Source: Pelomyxa schiedti | Taxonomy: Eukaryota > Protista > Evosea | Length of the DNA stretch: 64,000 bases | Reading direction: 5' to 3' | Assembly: GCA_020536535.1 (NCBI GenBank) | Contig: JAHLWZ010000794.1 | Location: forward strand, 103,469-167,468 | In this document: positions 1-11,308 of the stretch, piece by piece | How the letters are laid out: each line of letters begins with the position of its first letter | Position numbering within the stretch: the first letter of the stretch is position 1 | The notes under the pieces: generated by a model | The model's input: the letters and a program-made list of their open reading frames with translations, nothing else | Database searches by the model: none | What the model was told of the DNA's origin: nothing | Position numbers and translations under genes: made by a program

Positions 1-2544
1 ACTTAACTCCTAATTCTACCATTTCTGTGAAAAGGTAAGTTTCCTGAAACGAGGAACTGGATTTGTTCACTTTGTGCTGTATTTGGCAAATGGTCATTCA
101 CCAGCAATTGGAAATGTGACAATAGCTGATCGAACTGAGCCTTATTCACAGGAAAGTAGAAATCATGAACAAAGGATTTGTATAATGACAGAAATGCGAC
201 GCAGTATGACTGTTCAACAGTCAGGTTCTGCAATAACAAGCTCACTGCATTTGGGGAACGAGATAAGGATTGATTTATGTGATAGTTTGGTGAGGACGCT
301 CATTACCAAAGTCCGGCAAAAATGGAAGATATAAATCAGCTGGTAGTTGTTGTTTAATCATCTCCAGGATTGTGTGCAATTCTTGTGGGCCAATTGGTGT
401 TTCAACATGGTCTTCCACTCTAGATGCGATTAATTATCGGGGATGGCTATTCATATATGGAACGAATGAGTTTGGTTCTGTGTTGTGAGGTCAGGGAATA
501 ATTACCTGAAAAGGGGATTAAAGTGCTTCAATGTGGCTGAGCGGTTATTATTTGCATTTGTGAGAGTTGTGTTGCGAAGCATATCCTCGAACAATGTGGG
601 ATCTTGAAGGAGGTACATCGAGCATCCAGTGACAAATAGCCAGCCTTGAACTCGAGCCACTATCCCTAAAGAACAAACTATGTAAAACAGATATCTTCTA
701 GCCAAATGTAACAACCTTGTCTTATTTGATCTTTCAGGTCATCAGATGCAATTTCTTTAACACAAAGCAGAGCTTCCACAGCTCTTCTCCTGGCATCAAG
801 CCGTCTCTTCCTTGATGGAACGAGTTTTACTGTGCTATCCTCTTGGTGGTGCCAAGTTACGAAAATAAAATGATATTCAAAAATCTGGGCGGGGTACCTT
901 CTTGAGTGGGTGCATCCTTCTGAGAGAAGTGAATTTGTAGGAGATGAAAATATGTTTCCCAAAATTCCGATTCAGATCTAGATGAGGAATAAACTGGAAG
1001 TTTTGGTTCTTAAAGGAAGGGTAAGAGTATTACACACAAATCACTTTGGCAGAGACTTCTCATCATTTTTTCAAAAGCTGGAACTTTCTATAATACTGTT
1101 AGGTGACCTGGCGATCGAAGTGGGCAAACAGACCTTCAAGATAGTCCTTTTGTGGTGTTCCCTCTCTTCAGGTGTTACAAACTGTTCTTGAAATTCGTTC
1201 TTCCTGATTTTTGTTTTTTGTTGAGGGTTTGAACCTGCTGTAGAACAAGGGGGAGCATAAGAGGATTTTTCAACATGGTGAGAACTATGATGGTGATGCC
1301 GAGCGTGATGACGGACTTTTGTATTCTTGGATGAGGGAGACTGATGTGGCCTGGAATGTCTGTGGTGTGATTGATTTGTAGTTCCTTGGTGTTCGGGGTG
1401 ACCCACTCTCTGATGCTCTGGTTGTTGTCCCGTGGGAGGTCTATGCTTGTGTCGCCGGTGTGTGGAAGGCTTTCCCTCAATTCTAATTACAAGGCCTTTG
1501 GGTAGATCTGGCAACAAAGTGGAAAGCTCAGCAGTGTGCGGCTCCAAAGTGGATTGGGACACATCTTCCGCATGTTCAACGCCCACAGCGTCCGGTACAG
1601 AATCAATTTTAGGAGTACCACACACTGTGGATATTGCTGCCTCAGAGTGTATTGATCTGGGGCAATCTTCAGTATGACATGTCGAAGAAGAGACATCTGG
1701 AAGTGACAGCGGTGTGTGAGGAGATGCCAGTGAATGACTTGTCCCACACGATGATTCGATGTTCTTATTACCACATTGTTCTGGATTAGTTGCTGTCTGA
1801 CATTGCTCCAATGAGACTGATGAGTACAAAATTACAGTATTAATGTCACTCGGAAGTTGTGAAGATGCAGTTTGTACAGGGATGATTTCTGGTTGTGCTA
1901 ACTCTTCGGCAGAATGCAAAAGCACTTGAATGTCCTGGATTGCCTTTGTGGGTAACAATTGCATAGGTGATGTGTTGCAGTGCTCTGCACAATCTGTGAG
2001 AGCCTTTTCTACTGGCGATTTTTCGGCAAGAGAGGTGGGGTTATTGATACTTGGTACTTGTGTGGAAGTGTTGCCAGAAGTTACCACAGTTGTTATGGAC
2101 TTGAACATCTGGTCTTGCTGTTTGCGCTGTGACAGAGTATTGGCAGCGGCCAAGAATTGCTCTGGCTTGCAAGCCATATCTGAAGCAAACTTGCACCACA
2201 AAGTGAACATAAAATCCTCTGTAGGCCCATATTATTGAGTACTCTTATTCCCTCCTCCCCCCCAGATACTGCAACACCAACAAGCCAATGCCCAACAACA
2301 GATTAAAATTGTATGGGAAAGTTACAATACCATCGAAATGAGTTGATGCCGACAAAGGGTCCCCTGATCCAGGTCCATTTCCACTCGCTACGGCGACGCT
2401 CGAAGATGACGACGCGGACGATACGTCTCGTTTCTCAGGCCGTGTGGTACGCGCACCAACGTGGTCAGCCGCCACGCCAACAGCAGTAGCAGGACATCCC
2501 CCCTGTGCCCTCCGCAGCCCACACACTAGTCCCAGATTGATCAT
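1..2544 (-). CDS. TBC (Rab-GAP fold) domain protein, TBC1D24-like, with long low-complexity N-terminus; runs off the left edge
   Basis: Spliced exons give DDLKDQIRQG/IVARVQGWLFVTG (TBC 'LKxLIRxGIP...VW' start) and LYLPFLPDF/VSLLLQNLTVEQSYCVAFLSL...FDQLLSHFQLLVNDHLP (TBC core). The 1071-2210 exon is His/Ser/Thr-rich. Start codon uncertain. Confidence 0.6.
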
Positions 2545-3165
2545 GGACCACCGTCAATGCCCCAACCCTCAAGATCTAGATCCGGTGCACCTCTCGCGTA
2601 CCCAACGGGTATTTTTTTTTTTTTCTCCAACTCGCATGAGCGGCCAAAATGAAACGAGGCGTTTTTTGAAGATGCCACTACCATCAAAAGGTTGGTGACA
2701 TGACACCGTTGGCTATGGTACTTCACCACCAGAAGGCATTTCAGACGCTCCCAGGGCACAGAGAGCAAGGACCATTTCTGCTCCATTTTTCCAGGGAAGG
2801 TGGAGTCCCAAAGCTCAAACGTCAATAAAGAGATGTGTTTACAAGAGAAAACAGTTGCTTTATTTAAAAACACGGGTAAACAACAGACTGGGTGCGAGGA
2901 TGGGTTGACAAAGAGCGGAAGAGACCCCAAGAGGCCACGAAGAGCCGCAAGAACCGCGAAGAGCCGGAAATGAGCAGTTGTCATCAGCTTATCTGGGGAA
3001 AAGTAAGTGTTGTTTATTGGTGGAGTTGAATTCACCTGAGTATTTGTTCCGTCGGGGGGTACTCTTCACCAGAGAGTGTGTCCGTATATGTGAAGGGAAG
3101 TCAGTGGAGTCGAAATTAATAGAATGGGCACTTACTTGGGGGTTTGAGACCCCCCGGAGGGTTCC

Positions 3166-3196
3166 TCCTGGCCTGCCTGCCTGCCTGCCTACCTGT
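3166..3196. repeat. (CCTG)n microsatellite
   Basis: cctggcctgcctgcctgcctgcctacctg read directly. Confidence 0.8.
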
Positions 3197-3303
3197 GTCT
3201 GTGTTGGAGAGGAGTGGGAGTGTTCTTACGAAATGAAGTCAGCCAAAGCAGGACACAGCCAAGTCAGCGGGAGTCAGAGTCAGAGTGAGGGGGGGAATGA
3301 ATG

Positions 3304-3613
3304 ATTTCCAGTCCAGCGTGACAAAATGTCGTCAAACTTATATTGACTGGACTGGAGGTGAATCCAGAGCATCACAAAATGTCGTGACACGTTCTGGGAT
3401 TCGAGGCAGTGATCCGGTCCTGACAAAATGTCGTCACAGAAACACGGAAGACTGAACTGGTTTGACAAAATGTCGTCACCACCAGCCAAATGGGAATAAC
3501 CCAACCCAGCCCAACCTTGACTGAATGTCGTCACCGGTGGGCTGGGCAATCCGGGTCGAGACTGAATGTCGTCAACAAACCCGCTTTGGACTGACTGAAT
3601 GTCGTCACGTCCA
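3304..3613. repeat. Array of seven stem-loops with a conserved 16-nt apex; candidate structured RNA or cis-element
   Basis: Motif copies at 3319-3334, 3372-3387, 3421-3436, 3463-3478, 3518-3533, 3559-3574 and 3592-3607, each flanked by its own inverted repeat. Confidence 0.9.
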
Positions 3614-4113
3614 GTATTGATATGCTGATTCCCTCCCCCCCTCCTTCCAGCTGCTGCAGCAGAATACGGCGCTCAGCATCTCGATTGAAATGCACCTATA
3701 TCTGCACGAAAAAAAAAACAAAAAAACAAAAAAAGAATGGATGGATACTGAAGAAAAACCCAAAACCTATAACCCAAGTTATTATTATTATTATTATAAG
3801 AGTATAATAACCCAAAACAAACGTGGGAGAGTCAGAGCCCGCTCATGTCACGAGAGAGTCACCAAAACCAAACTCAGCAAACCCCCAGCCCCCAACAAAA
3901 CACCACCACCAGCCTCATCCACTCCCAGACTCACAGCACCAGGGCGCGCAAAAAAGGAGACCTGCACGGGGAAAAAAACAAAAAAACACGACACGACAAA
4001 GGATAAAAAAACCACGAGACAAAGGATAAAAAAAACAAGAGGGAATACGTGATATCACAGCAACCGAGGAGCGCATCTAGCCGGTCACGCACCCACGCAC
4101 ACCCCAACGACAT
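3605..4113 (-). CDS. Putative small spliced ORF (62 aa, Cys-rich) or spliced non-coding leader
   Basis: Exons 4113-4049, 3961-3935 and 3701-3605 joined by GT-AG introns with poly-T tracts and similar ...cgtgcag acceptors; no recognisable homology. Confidence 0.3.
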
Positions 4114-4678
4114 GCTCTTGACTGTTTTTATTTTAATTTTGAAAAAAAGATCTCTTTCTCGGACTTAGGCGTGGAAGTTCAAGTTCAATGTGCAACTATT
4201 CTTGGGGCCTGACGCCAATAACGAGTTCAGAATTCTAAAACAACCGAAAGAGAGAAGTCTTGGTGACAACCTCTACAACCTTGGAACTGTTCCATCAATG
4301 CCACACAGCGGATTGCGTACTCACACCTGTTACAAGGAGAACGCGAAAGCAAACGAAAAAAAAAAAAAAAAGCAGATCTGGCGAATGTGTCGAAGGTGAC
4401 TGCAAGTGTCGAAAAGCCAAAAACTTGACAGTGGTGCCCTGCCGATGATGGAGCAAGAACTGCCAGTTGTTGGTTGATGAGCGCTGAATCTCAGACTGGA
4501 TCATCTGCTGCTTCCAAGTTTGAATCTTGTGCTTTTTAGTTATTGCGAGATCGGTGACTCACGGTCGTCAACGAGAAATCCTAAGAAAAAACGAGTAACA
4601 ACACAAAAAGTAAAATACAGCCACAAACACTCGGGGGTCGGTAGTCAGTGCAGTGTAGGAAGCCATCGTTCGTCCCAC

Positions 4679-6730
4679 ATGCAGCAACAAAACTTCCCTC
4701 TTGTCAAGATCTCGATTGATGTGTCACCCAGTGGCGCGGGGTCTGACCCTTTCGCTCGTGTCACACAACATGGATCTACCAGTGTCGCCGCATTTGCCTC
4801 CGAAGTCGTTTCTCTGTTGGCAAAGTGGGGCGTCGCCCCGCCTTCATTGTCTTTCTCATTTGAACCATCGGCGTGGTCTCCCAGCGCCGCCGCAGTTGCT
4901 GCTGAGGTGGACAAGCAATTGCGGGAATACGGAAGAACCAACCCTGGTGTCGCCAGGGTGCCCATTATGCAGGTTTGTGTGCACTCTCTGGTCTAATAAA
5001 CCTATTCCCTGAACTACACATATTTGTGGATGTTATTTACACACAAGGCTATCTCTTATGCTTTTCTCCCTTTTTTTCTGCTTATAGATGGCAGAGGCTA
5101 CAGTAGGTTGCCCTGAAGCTTATTTCCTTGGCGATCAGGCCGACTTCTTAACTGGTGTGCGCAACTTCCTTGTTAATATCATGGAGGACAGACTCTGCCC
5201 AAATGGTGTCCAAGTGACAAACACCTGGTTGGTTCAGCTACTTACTGCCAGGATGAAGGTTTTTACATCTAGACAACCCTTCTTTGTAAGGATTTTCTAG
5301 ATCATTAAGTTCATTGGGGCTCATCCCGAGATTACTTCCATCAAACCCAAGCACCCAGTTTTTATTACAGGTCTACCAAGGAGCGGGATGACCCTTCTGC
5401 ATTAGTATTTCTTAGTGCGTTCCAAACTTTCAATTAACCCGATGCTAAGCCTCATGGGATCTAACCCTGACGCCCGAGCTCTTCGATTTTTTGAAATGAC
5501 ATGTAACATTTCAGTTTAGCTATAACTGGGTATAACTAAACCATATTGTTTTCCAATAGATATGAGTGACCCAACAAAAGTTGTATCCACTTCACAGCAG
5601 TTAGCTTCCGATCCTCGAATTAACGAAGTACTTGTTAGGTATTGCTAAGTCATGACACTCACGACCATAGGTCAGCACAAACTGCGCTGAACTGGAGAAA
5701 TTTTTCCCTGGCTATTTCTCGCGAATTGCGCAATCACACTTTGCACACCCTTCGGCAATTGGTACATAGGACAGAGTAACTTGTTGGGCTGACTACCGTG
5801 AAGAGGAGGAAATTGGTATCATGTTCTACAACTTCTGCTTCATGTTGCATATGGGCATGGCGAAACCTGCATTCACGGAATGGTTGCAGACTACTCAAAC
5901 AAAAGGACATATTTACCGATTCCTGAGAGCATTTATGCAAATGATTCAGAGGGTACTACAGAGAAGTTAGGCTAATTTAGTGACTCCACCTTTGCAGGGT
6001 GGTACATGGGAGTACAGCCACTGGGTTCTAAAGGCCCCTCTCCATATGCTTTACATCAATCAGCTTGTTGAGGAATTTGGTGATGACTGCCAAATTGTGG
6101 TAATGCACCGTAATCCAATCCATGCAATTCCTTCGCAATGCCGCTTAGTTGAAAGCTGGGTTTCTGATTTCTTCCAACCTGGATCATGTGATAGGCAATA
6201 CATTGGCAGGTTTGTGCACTTGAAGTCTGTCCAGTTTTGATGGGTTTGTTCAGGCAGCAGATGGTTTTGTACAGAAAAGCGGTTGACACCATGATGGAGT
6301 GGGAGGCCAGAACAAATCCGGCCAAGTATATTAATGTCACCTATGAAGAGGTCTCTATTCCGATATTACCCCTACTCTTTTGAACTGAAAAATATGTACA
6401 GCTCATGCTTGACCCAATTGCTTGTGTGCAAAAAATATATCGTCACTTTGGCCTGCAAGCACCGTAAGTTCCCGTAACTTTGTCATCCTATCCTGACATT
6501 TTCGGAAATCCAGGAACGTTGACCTGCGACTTCTCACTTACACAATGCAACACAATCCCCAGACCAAATTCACCCGTGCCACGTGCGTAGTTCTCCAGCC
6601 CAATTGCGGAGTCAAATTAACCACAGCCACCAGGTACACCCCAGAAATGTATGGTCTCACCGCCGACGCCATTCAACAAGAATTTGCACCCTACGTTGGG
6701 TGGGCCACACAGAGAGGAATGTTACTCTAA
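4679..6730 (+). CDS. Sulfotransferase family protein (Sulfotransfer_3 type)
   Basis: PVFITGLPRSGMTLLH (PAPS-binding loop) and WVLKAPLH...IVVMHRNP motifs; many short GT-AG introns. Confidence 0.88.
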
Positions 6731-6913
6731 AAAAAAAAAAAATCCAGCCGTTTTATCCGCTCACTATGAGAGATTTTTCGTGTTTCTCCTAAGCGAAACA
6801 CATCCACATCACGGGGCGTAATGGCGTTGATGTGGCGAGGCAGTTCGTTTCCGGAAAAGCCAAAATCAACGACCGCAAAAAAAAGAGCCGGAAAGGAAGA
6901 AGTAGCCGAGAGA

Positions 6914-9529
6914 TGACGGGGATCCCACCGCCGCGAGCGGCCTCGCCCGGGGTGGGCATTGCTTCGGGGGCCCCGCGGCCGCACGTGGCCGCGCCTCAGC
7001 CCCCGACGACGTCGTCGCCGCTGTCGTCGTCGGTGCTGCGAGGCATAGGCGTGGCACCACCTCCACCAAGTATTTTTTTTTTTTTCCCCCCTTCTCTTTC
7101 TTCTTCTTTCTTTGTTACTTACTCGTAGTTGCTTCTGGGGTTTTTTTTTTGTTTGTTTGTTTGTTTGTTTTTGTTTATTGATGCCAATCACCAATACACA
7201 ATATACAAACCTTGGATAAAAGACACATACAAAGGAGGTACTTTGTATCATTTGTGGTGTAATTAGTTTTAACTTTTGGGAAGATCATATTGTTGATCCG
7301 TATGCTGCACCTGTACAGTCAGTATCTTCTGCAAATCCCTATGGTAGGGACCTCTTTTTTGTGGGCGTTTGGTTCATCAAACCATAGAATCATCTGCATT
7401 TGATCAGCCTATATTTGAGGCCAGACCTCCTGTTTCACGGAGTCCTCTCATCACATCCATTACCACAATAATAACACAACCACCACCACCCCAATTCTCT
7501 ACTGCCTCCCCTCCTTCCAAGGGTTCGGGATTCGATGAGACTGGTACATCCTATTGCCCAGTATCTATCAATACTGAGCCCTTTTTTTCCAGAGCTATCC
7601 ACTGCTCTTATTGCCCAGCGGTTATTATCACACCCTGATCCCCTTGATGACGACATTGACACACTCATTCAATCACAAATTGTGTGTTGTCCTTAATCTT
7701 TTTCTTCTCTCACTCCAACTAGTGTGTTGTAGGCTCCAGCACAAGTAATTTGGCTAACTTTTTTTCGAGCTACATTGGAATGGGTTGTATAAATGAAGTA
7801 CAAACAAGTACCTTGCCCACAAAAACCTTTCATTGGATAATACCTCTTCAAGATTGTTTCAGAAAAAAAATTGTATCTGAGAGTTTCACTCAATCATACG
7901 CCTTAGACTTCTGTTGTTGCACAGAAGACCTTTTTGGAGTAAATGACTATGTAAATACTTTGTCCCTGCTGTTTTGGGGCCAATGCATCCTTTTCATAGC
8001 TATTTCGAGTATCAAAGGGATTTATTCTCGTGTGGAATGTTGACAGTCGTGACAGTTTTGATGCCACACATGAATACTACCAGTCTATATTGAAAATCAA
8101 AGGAACCGATACCGTGCCAATGCTGCTGCTAATGAACCATAACTTTCAATCAGAGGATTCTTGGAAAGTATCAAAAAGCGAGGGTGAAGCCCTTGCTGAG
8201 ATGTTCAAATGTCCTCTTATGTGCGAAAATGATATCCTCTAATTCTTAGTTGTTTACGAACAACTAGTGACATCGCTGCAACAGCAAAGCTAGATGCAGC
8301 GCTGTTGAGTATGTGTCAGGAGGCCTACTATATCGACCAAAAGCTATCAGAACCAAGGTTTATTGGTATCACTGTACAAAAGATAACATAAGAAACACTT
8401 ACCATCCTGTAGCTGAAACTGCCCGAAAAAATGAAACTGGACAATCTGTTCTAGAAATTGTAGGCGCATCTTCTTGAGTCTTACTGAAAGTATACAGGTC
8501 CTTCTTGGAGATGCTTTTGTAGGAAAAACAACTTTCCTCAACAAGTTTCACTCCAGGACGTTCAGTGAACAGTACATATCCACTGACAGTATTCAGCCTA
8601 CAATTTACCAACCAATATTTATTACTCATTCAGGCAAGGTTGTACAAGAAAGAGTTCTGGAGGTTGAGCGCCCTAGATCTGCCAAGGAGAACTTTTTAGT
8701 CCGTTTGATTGACACACCCGGGTTTTTCACAGAGCAAGCAATTTCATTGGACCCAGCTTGCTCTGGCCTGTCTGTGTGTTTCATTTCTCAGCACGTTGAA
8801 TGCACAAATTACCTGAATTGCAGGCATCGAAGTCTGTTGCCCAAGCCGCCGCGGAAAAAGCTATGGAATGGCTAAAACAGCAATCATTAATGAACTGCCA
8901 CGGCTTTGTATTACTTTTTAATAGCACCGATAAAGCAAGCTTCAAATTTGCGGAAGAAGTACGCAAGGCCATACAAGCAGTTCGGGCTGATTTCAAGTTT
9001 GATGTATAGTTTGCTCATAAGTTCACTTATTGCCAATAGAGGGATACAGCCCGTTGCTCTTGTTGGAACGAAGATCGATATGATTTCAAAACGGGTTATC
9101 TATGACAAAGATGTATGTATTTGAAGCCCCTGCATGACACCAACTTGCTTTTTTAGGGGCAAGACCTCGCTGCCAAATATGAGTCCAGTTATACACCTGT
9201 GAACCTAGCACAACCGCAATCACTAAAAGCAATTGAGGGAATTCTGACAGAAATGGTCATACGGATGTCCGGCGGCGGAGCCCCTACAACACCCTCCACT
9301 CCTCATGTACAGGCTTCTCCTGCTTCCGATAGAAGGTCTCACAACACTCTATGTGAAACATAAAATTTGATAGTAATTCGTTAAACCTCACAGCGTTATA
9401 TTAACATCTTCTTCCAGGGTACCCCCTCCACCTTCACCTCTTACTACTTCAACAAGTGGAGATAAAAAGAAAGGCATTTTTGGGAAAGGTGACAAGAAAA
9501 AATCAGATAAGAAAAAGAAGAACCCTTAG
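6914..9529 (+). CDS. Protein with Pro-rich N-terminus and two tandem Ras-like GTPase domains; polybasic C-terminus
   Basis: Domain 1: ICVVGSSTSNLANFF...KGFILVWNVDSRDSF...VPMLLLMNH...EGEALAEMFKCP. Domain 2: VLLGDAFVGKTT...DTPG...GFVLLFNSTDKASF...PVALVGTKID. Ends KKKSDKKKKNP*. Linker exon near 8393-8459 joins the two in frame. Confidence 0.75.
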
Positions 9530-9572
9530 AATGTGTTTCTTTCTTTCCTTTTTTTTTTTCCTCCAGGGACAC

Positions 9573-11092
9573 TTAGATATTATCAGTACAACACGCGCAC
9601 ACAGACAGAATTCCAAATTCTCGCAAGCTATTGACCAGGTGGCTGAGAGTCTGGAATTCAAATGCTTCACTATAGCCCTGGAGCCTATAGGATTGGCATG
9701 AGAGAGGGTAATAGGGAGGTAAATTACCTTATGCTCAATCGATTGGGTACGGAAGGTTCATAGGATACACGTTTAATTTTCGCGGCCACAATCGTTCCTT
9801 CCTGTTTCAAACGGGGTTGGGTTGGCAACCATTAAGTGGGTGGAAACCTGAATCCAAATGAGCTTGAAGGGAAAGGGGGATGGGAGAAAGGAAATGATGA
9901 TCATAAATGAGCCTTCTACACTTGTACTGAAAAGAAGAAAGTAAGATGACAGGAAACAAGAGTGGAGTTAAATACCTTAAAACCATGGCCTTGGCCATAT
10001 CAGCATCAAATGTAACCCAGTTATTCGAAACTGCTTCCAGTATGTCCCTTTGTATTTGTCAAACATTCTGCCGATATCTTATTTAACATGCAACGGATTC
10101 ACGCGAGTTGACGTTTGAAGGAAAGTGCGGGTGCGTGTAAAACGCACACATAAGAATTGGAATGCCAGATCTGTCAAAAAAGTTCCCGAATCGCTGGGAA
10201 CACTCTTTTATGAGTCTCCTTGACACAGTATCACCTTAGCACAATAAGCGGAATGTTGTTGTATAAAAGATGGTCACTCGCCTATAACGCGCTGAAGTGG
10301 GTCTAGTGTGGCCCTGGGTACCCCTGTTCTTGCACTCAGGCAATCAGCAAAGTGCCCCCATGAAGTACGAACATCGGGGTTCATTCGGGCTTGGAGGACA
10401 CTGGCCAGCAGGGAGATGAAGCGCTCAGCAGGGTCCTCGGACTCTGCTCCGCCAAAATTGCCCTCATCCGCATCATCAACTGCACCGGTGGAACTGGTGC
10501 TAGCAGAAGAGCCTGGAGAAGATGCCGAAGTAGTGGGTGGTGCATTGGAGGCAGAGGCCGAGGCTGAACTAGAAGTTGAAGTGGAAGGAGCCACTGAATT
10601 AGAAGACGACGTGGTAGTTGTAGGTGTTGCAGCAGAGGAAGTGCATGAAGCAGTAGACGGATCAGCCACAGGCGTTGCACTTGTGGTTGTGGCCGTGTCG
10701 TGGGGCGCAGAGGGCGCCGAACAACTGGTACTTGTGCTAGTGCTGGTGCTGGTGCTAGTGCTAGTGCTAGTGCTTGCGCTTGTGCTGCTGCTCGTAGTGG
10801 TGGCTGTGGTGCTACTGCTAGAACTCGTTGTTGTGGCTGTACTATTAGCGGCACTAGAGGAATCCCCGCCGGAAGCGGGATTGGGCCGGGGGGCGCCCCC
10901 AGGGGATGCGGCGTCAGTGTTCTCGGCAAAGGCGAAGTCACAAAACTCGCGACATACGGCGTCGATGAGCTCCAACTGCCTAGGTATAAGCGCGCTAGCG
11001 GGGATGTCCGTCACTTCGTTCACAAAACTGCTCGTAGTACTACTGCTGGTGGTACTGCCGCTGACCGGTCCCGGTGGTGGTACGCCCGACAT
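9573..11092 (-). CDS. Hypothetical protein with Ser/Thr-rich N-terminus and divergent SH2-like C-terminus
   Basis: Spliced NNWVTFDADMAKAMVLS/TSVEGSFMIIISFLPSPFPFKLIW resembles the SH2 pattern 'W....AE..L.....GSFL'. Confidence 0.5.
10734..10790. repeat. (GTGCTA/GTGCTG)n hexamer repeat encoding (ST)n on the minus strand
   Basis: Tandem hexamers read directly. Confidence 0.8.
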
Positions 11093-11308
11093 GTCGTGCA
11101 CCTCGTTACTCTTGATGGGTTTTTTTTCTTTTATGATGTTTTTTAAGTTTTTGTCTGCTGAGAAGATGGAAGCAGGGGATTGATGTCAAAACAGAAAAAA
11201 TTCGAAGTTCAAGAATGAGCTTGACACGCCAACAATTTGCTGGTTGAAGGTGTCTTTTATTTTATTTTTGAACAGTCTTTGCCGAGTGGGGGTCTATGTA
11301 TACAGTTG

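Noticed and set aside
3319-3607. CRISPR array interpretation of the repeat-spacer pattern
   Set aside because: Repeats are only 16 nt, spacers vary from 17 to 39 nt and pair around each repeat, there are no cas genes, and the context is eukaryotic
3319-3607. SECIS, IRE or pre-miRNA cluster
   Set aside because: No AUGA/GA quartet with a 10-12 bp helix, no CAGUGN loop, and hairpins too short for typical pre-miRNAs; the TGAs are not all in one frame
5957-5970. TACAGAGAAGTTAG resembling the U6 snRNA ACAGAGA box
   Set aside because: It spans an exon/intron junction of the sulfotransferase and no other U6 sequence surrounds it
10040-10090. Apparent in-frame TGA suggesting stop-codon recoding
   Set aside because: Removed by using the downstream ...tacaaag acceptor, which restores the frame
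10308-11183. 291-aa plus-strand ORF with LV repeats
   Set aside because: Antisense shadow of the (ST)n low-complexity exon
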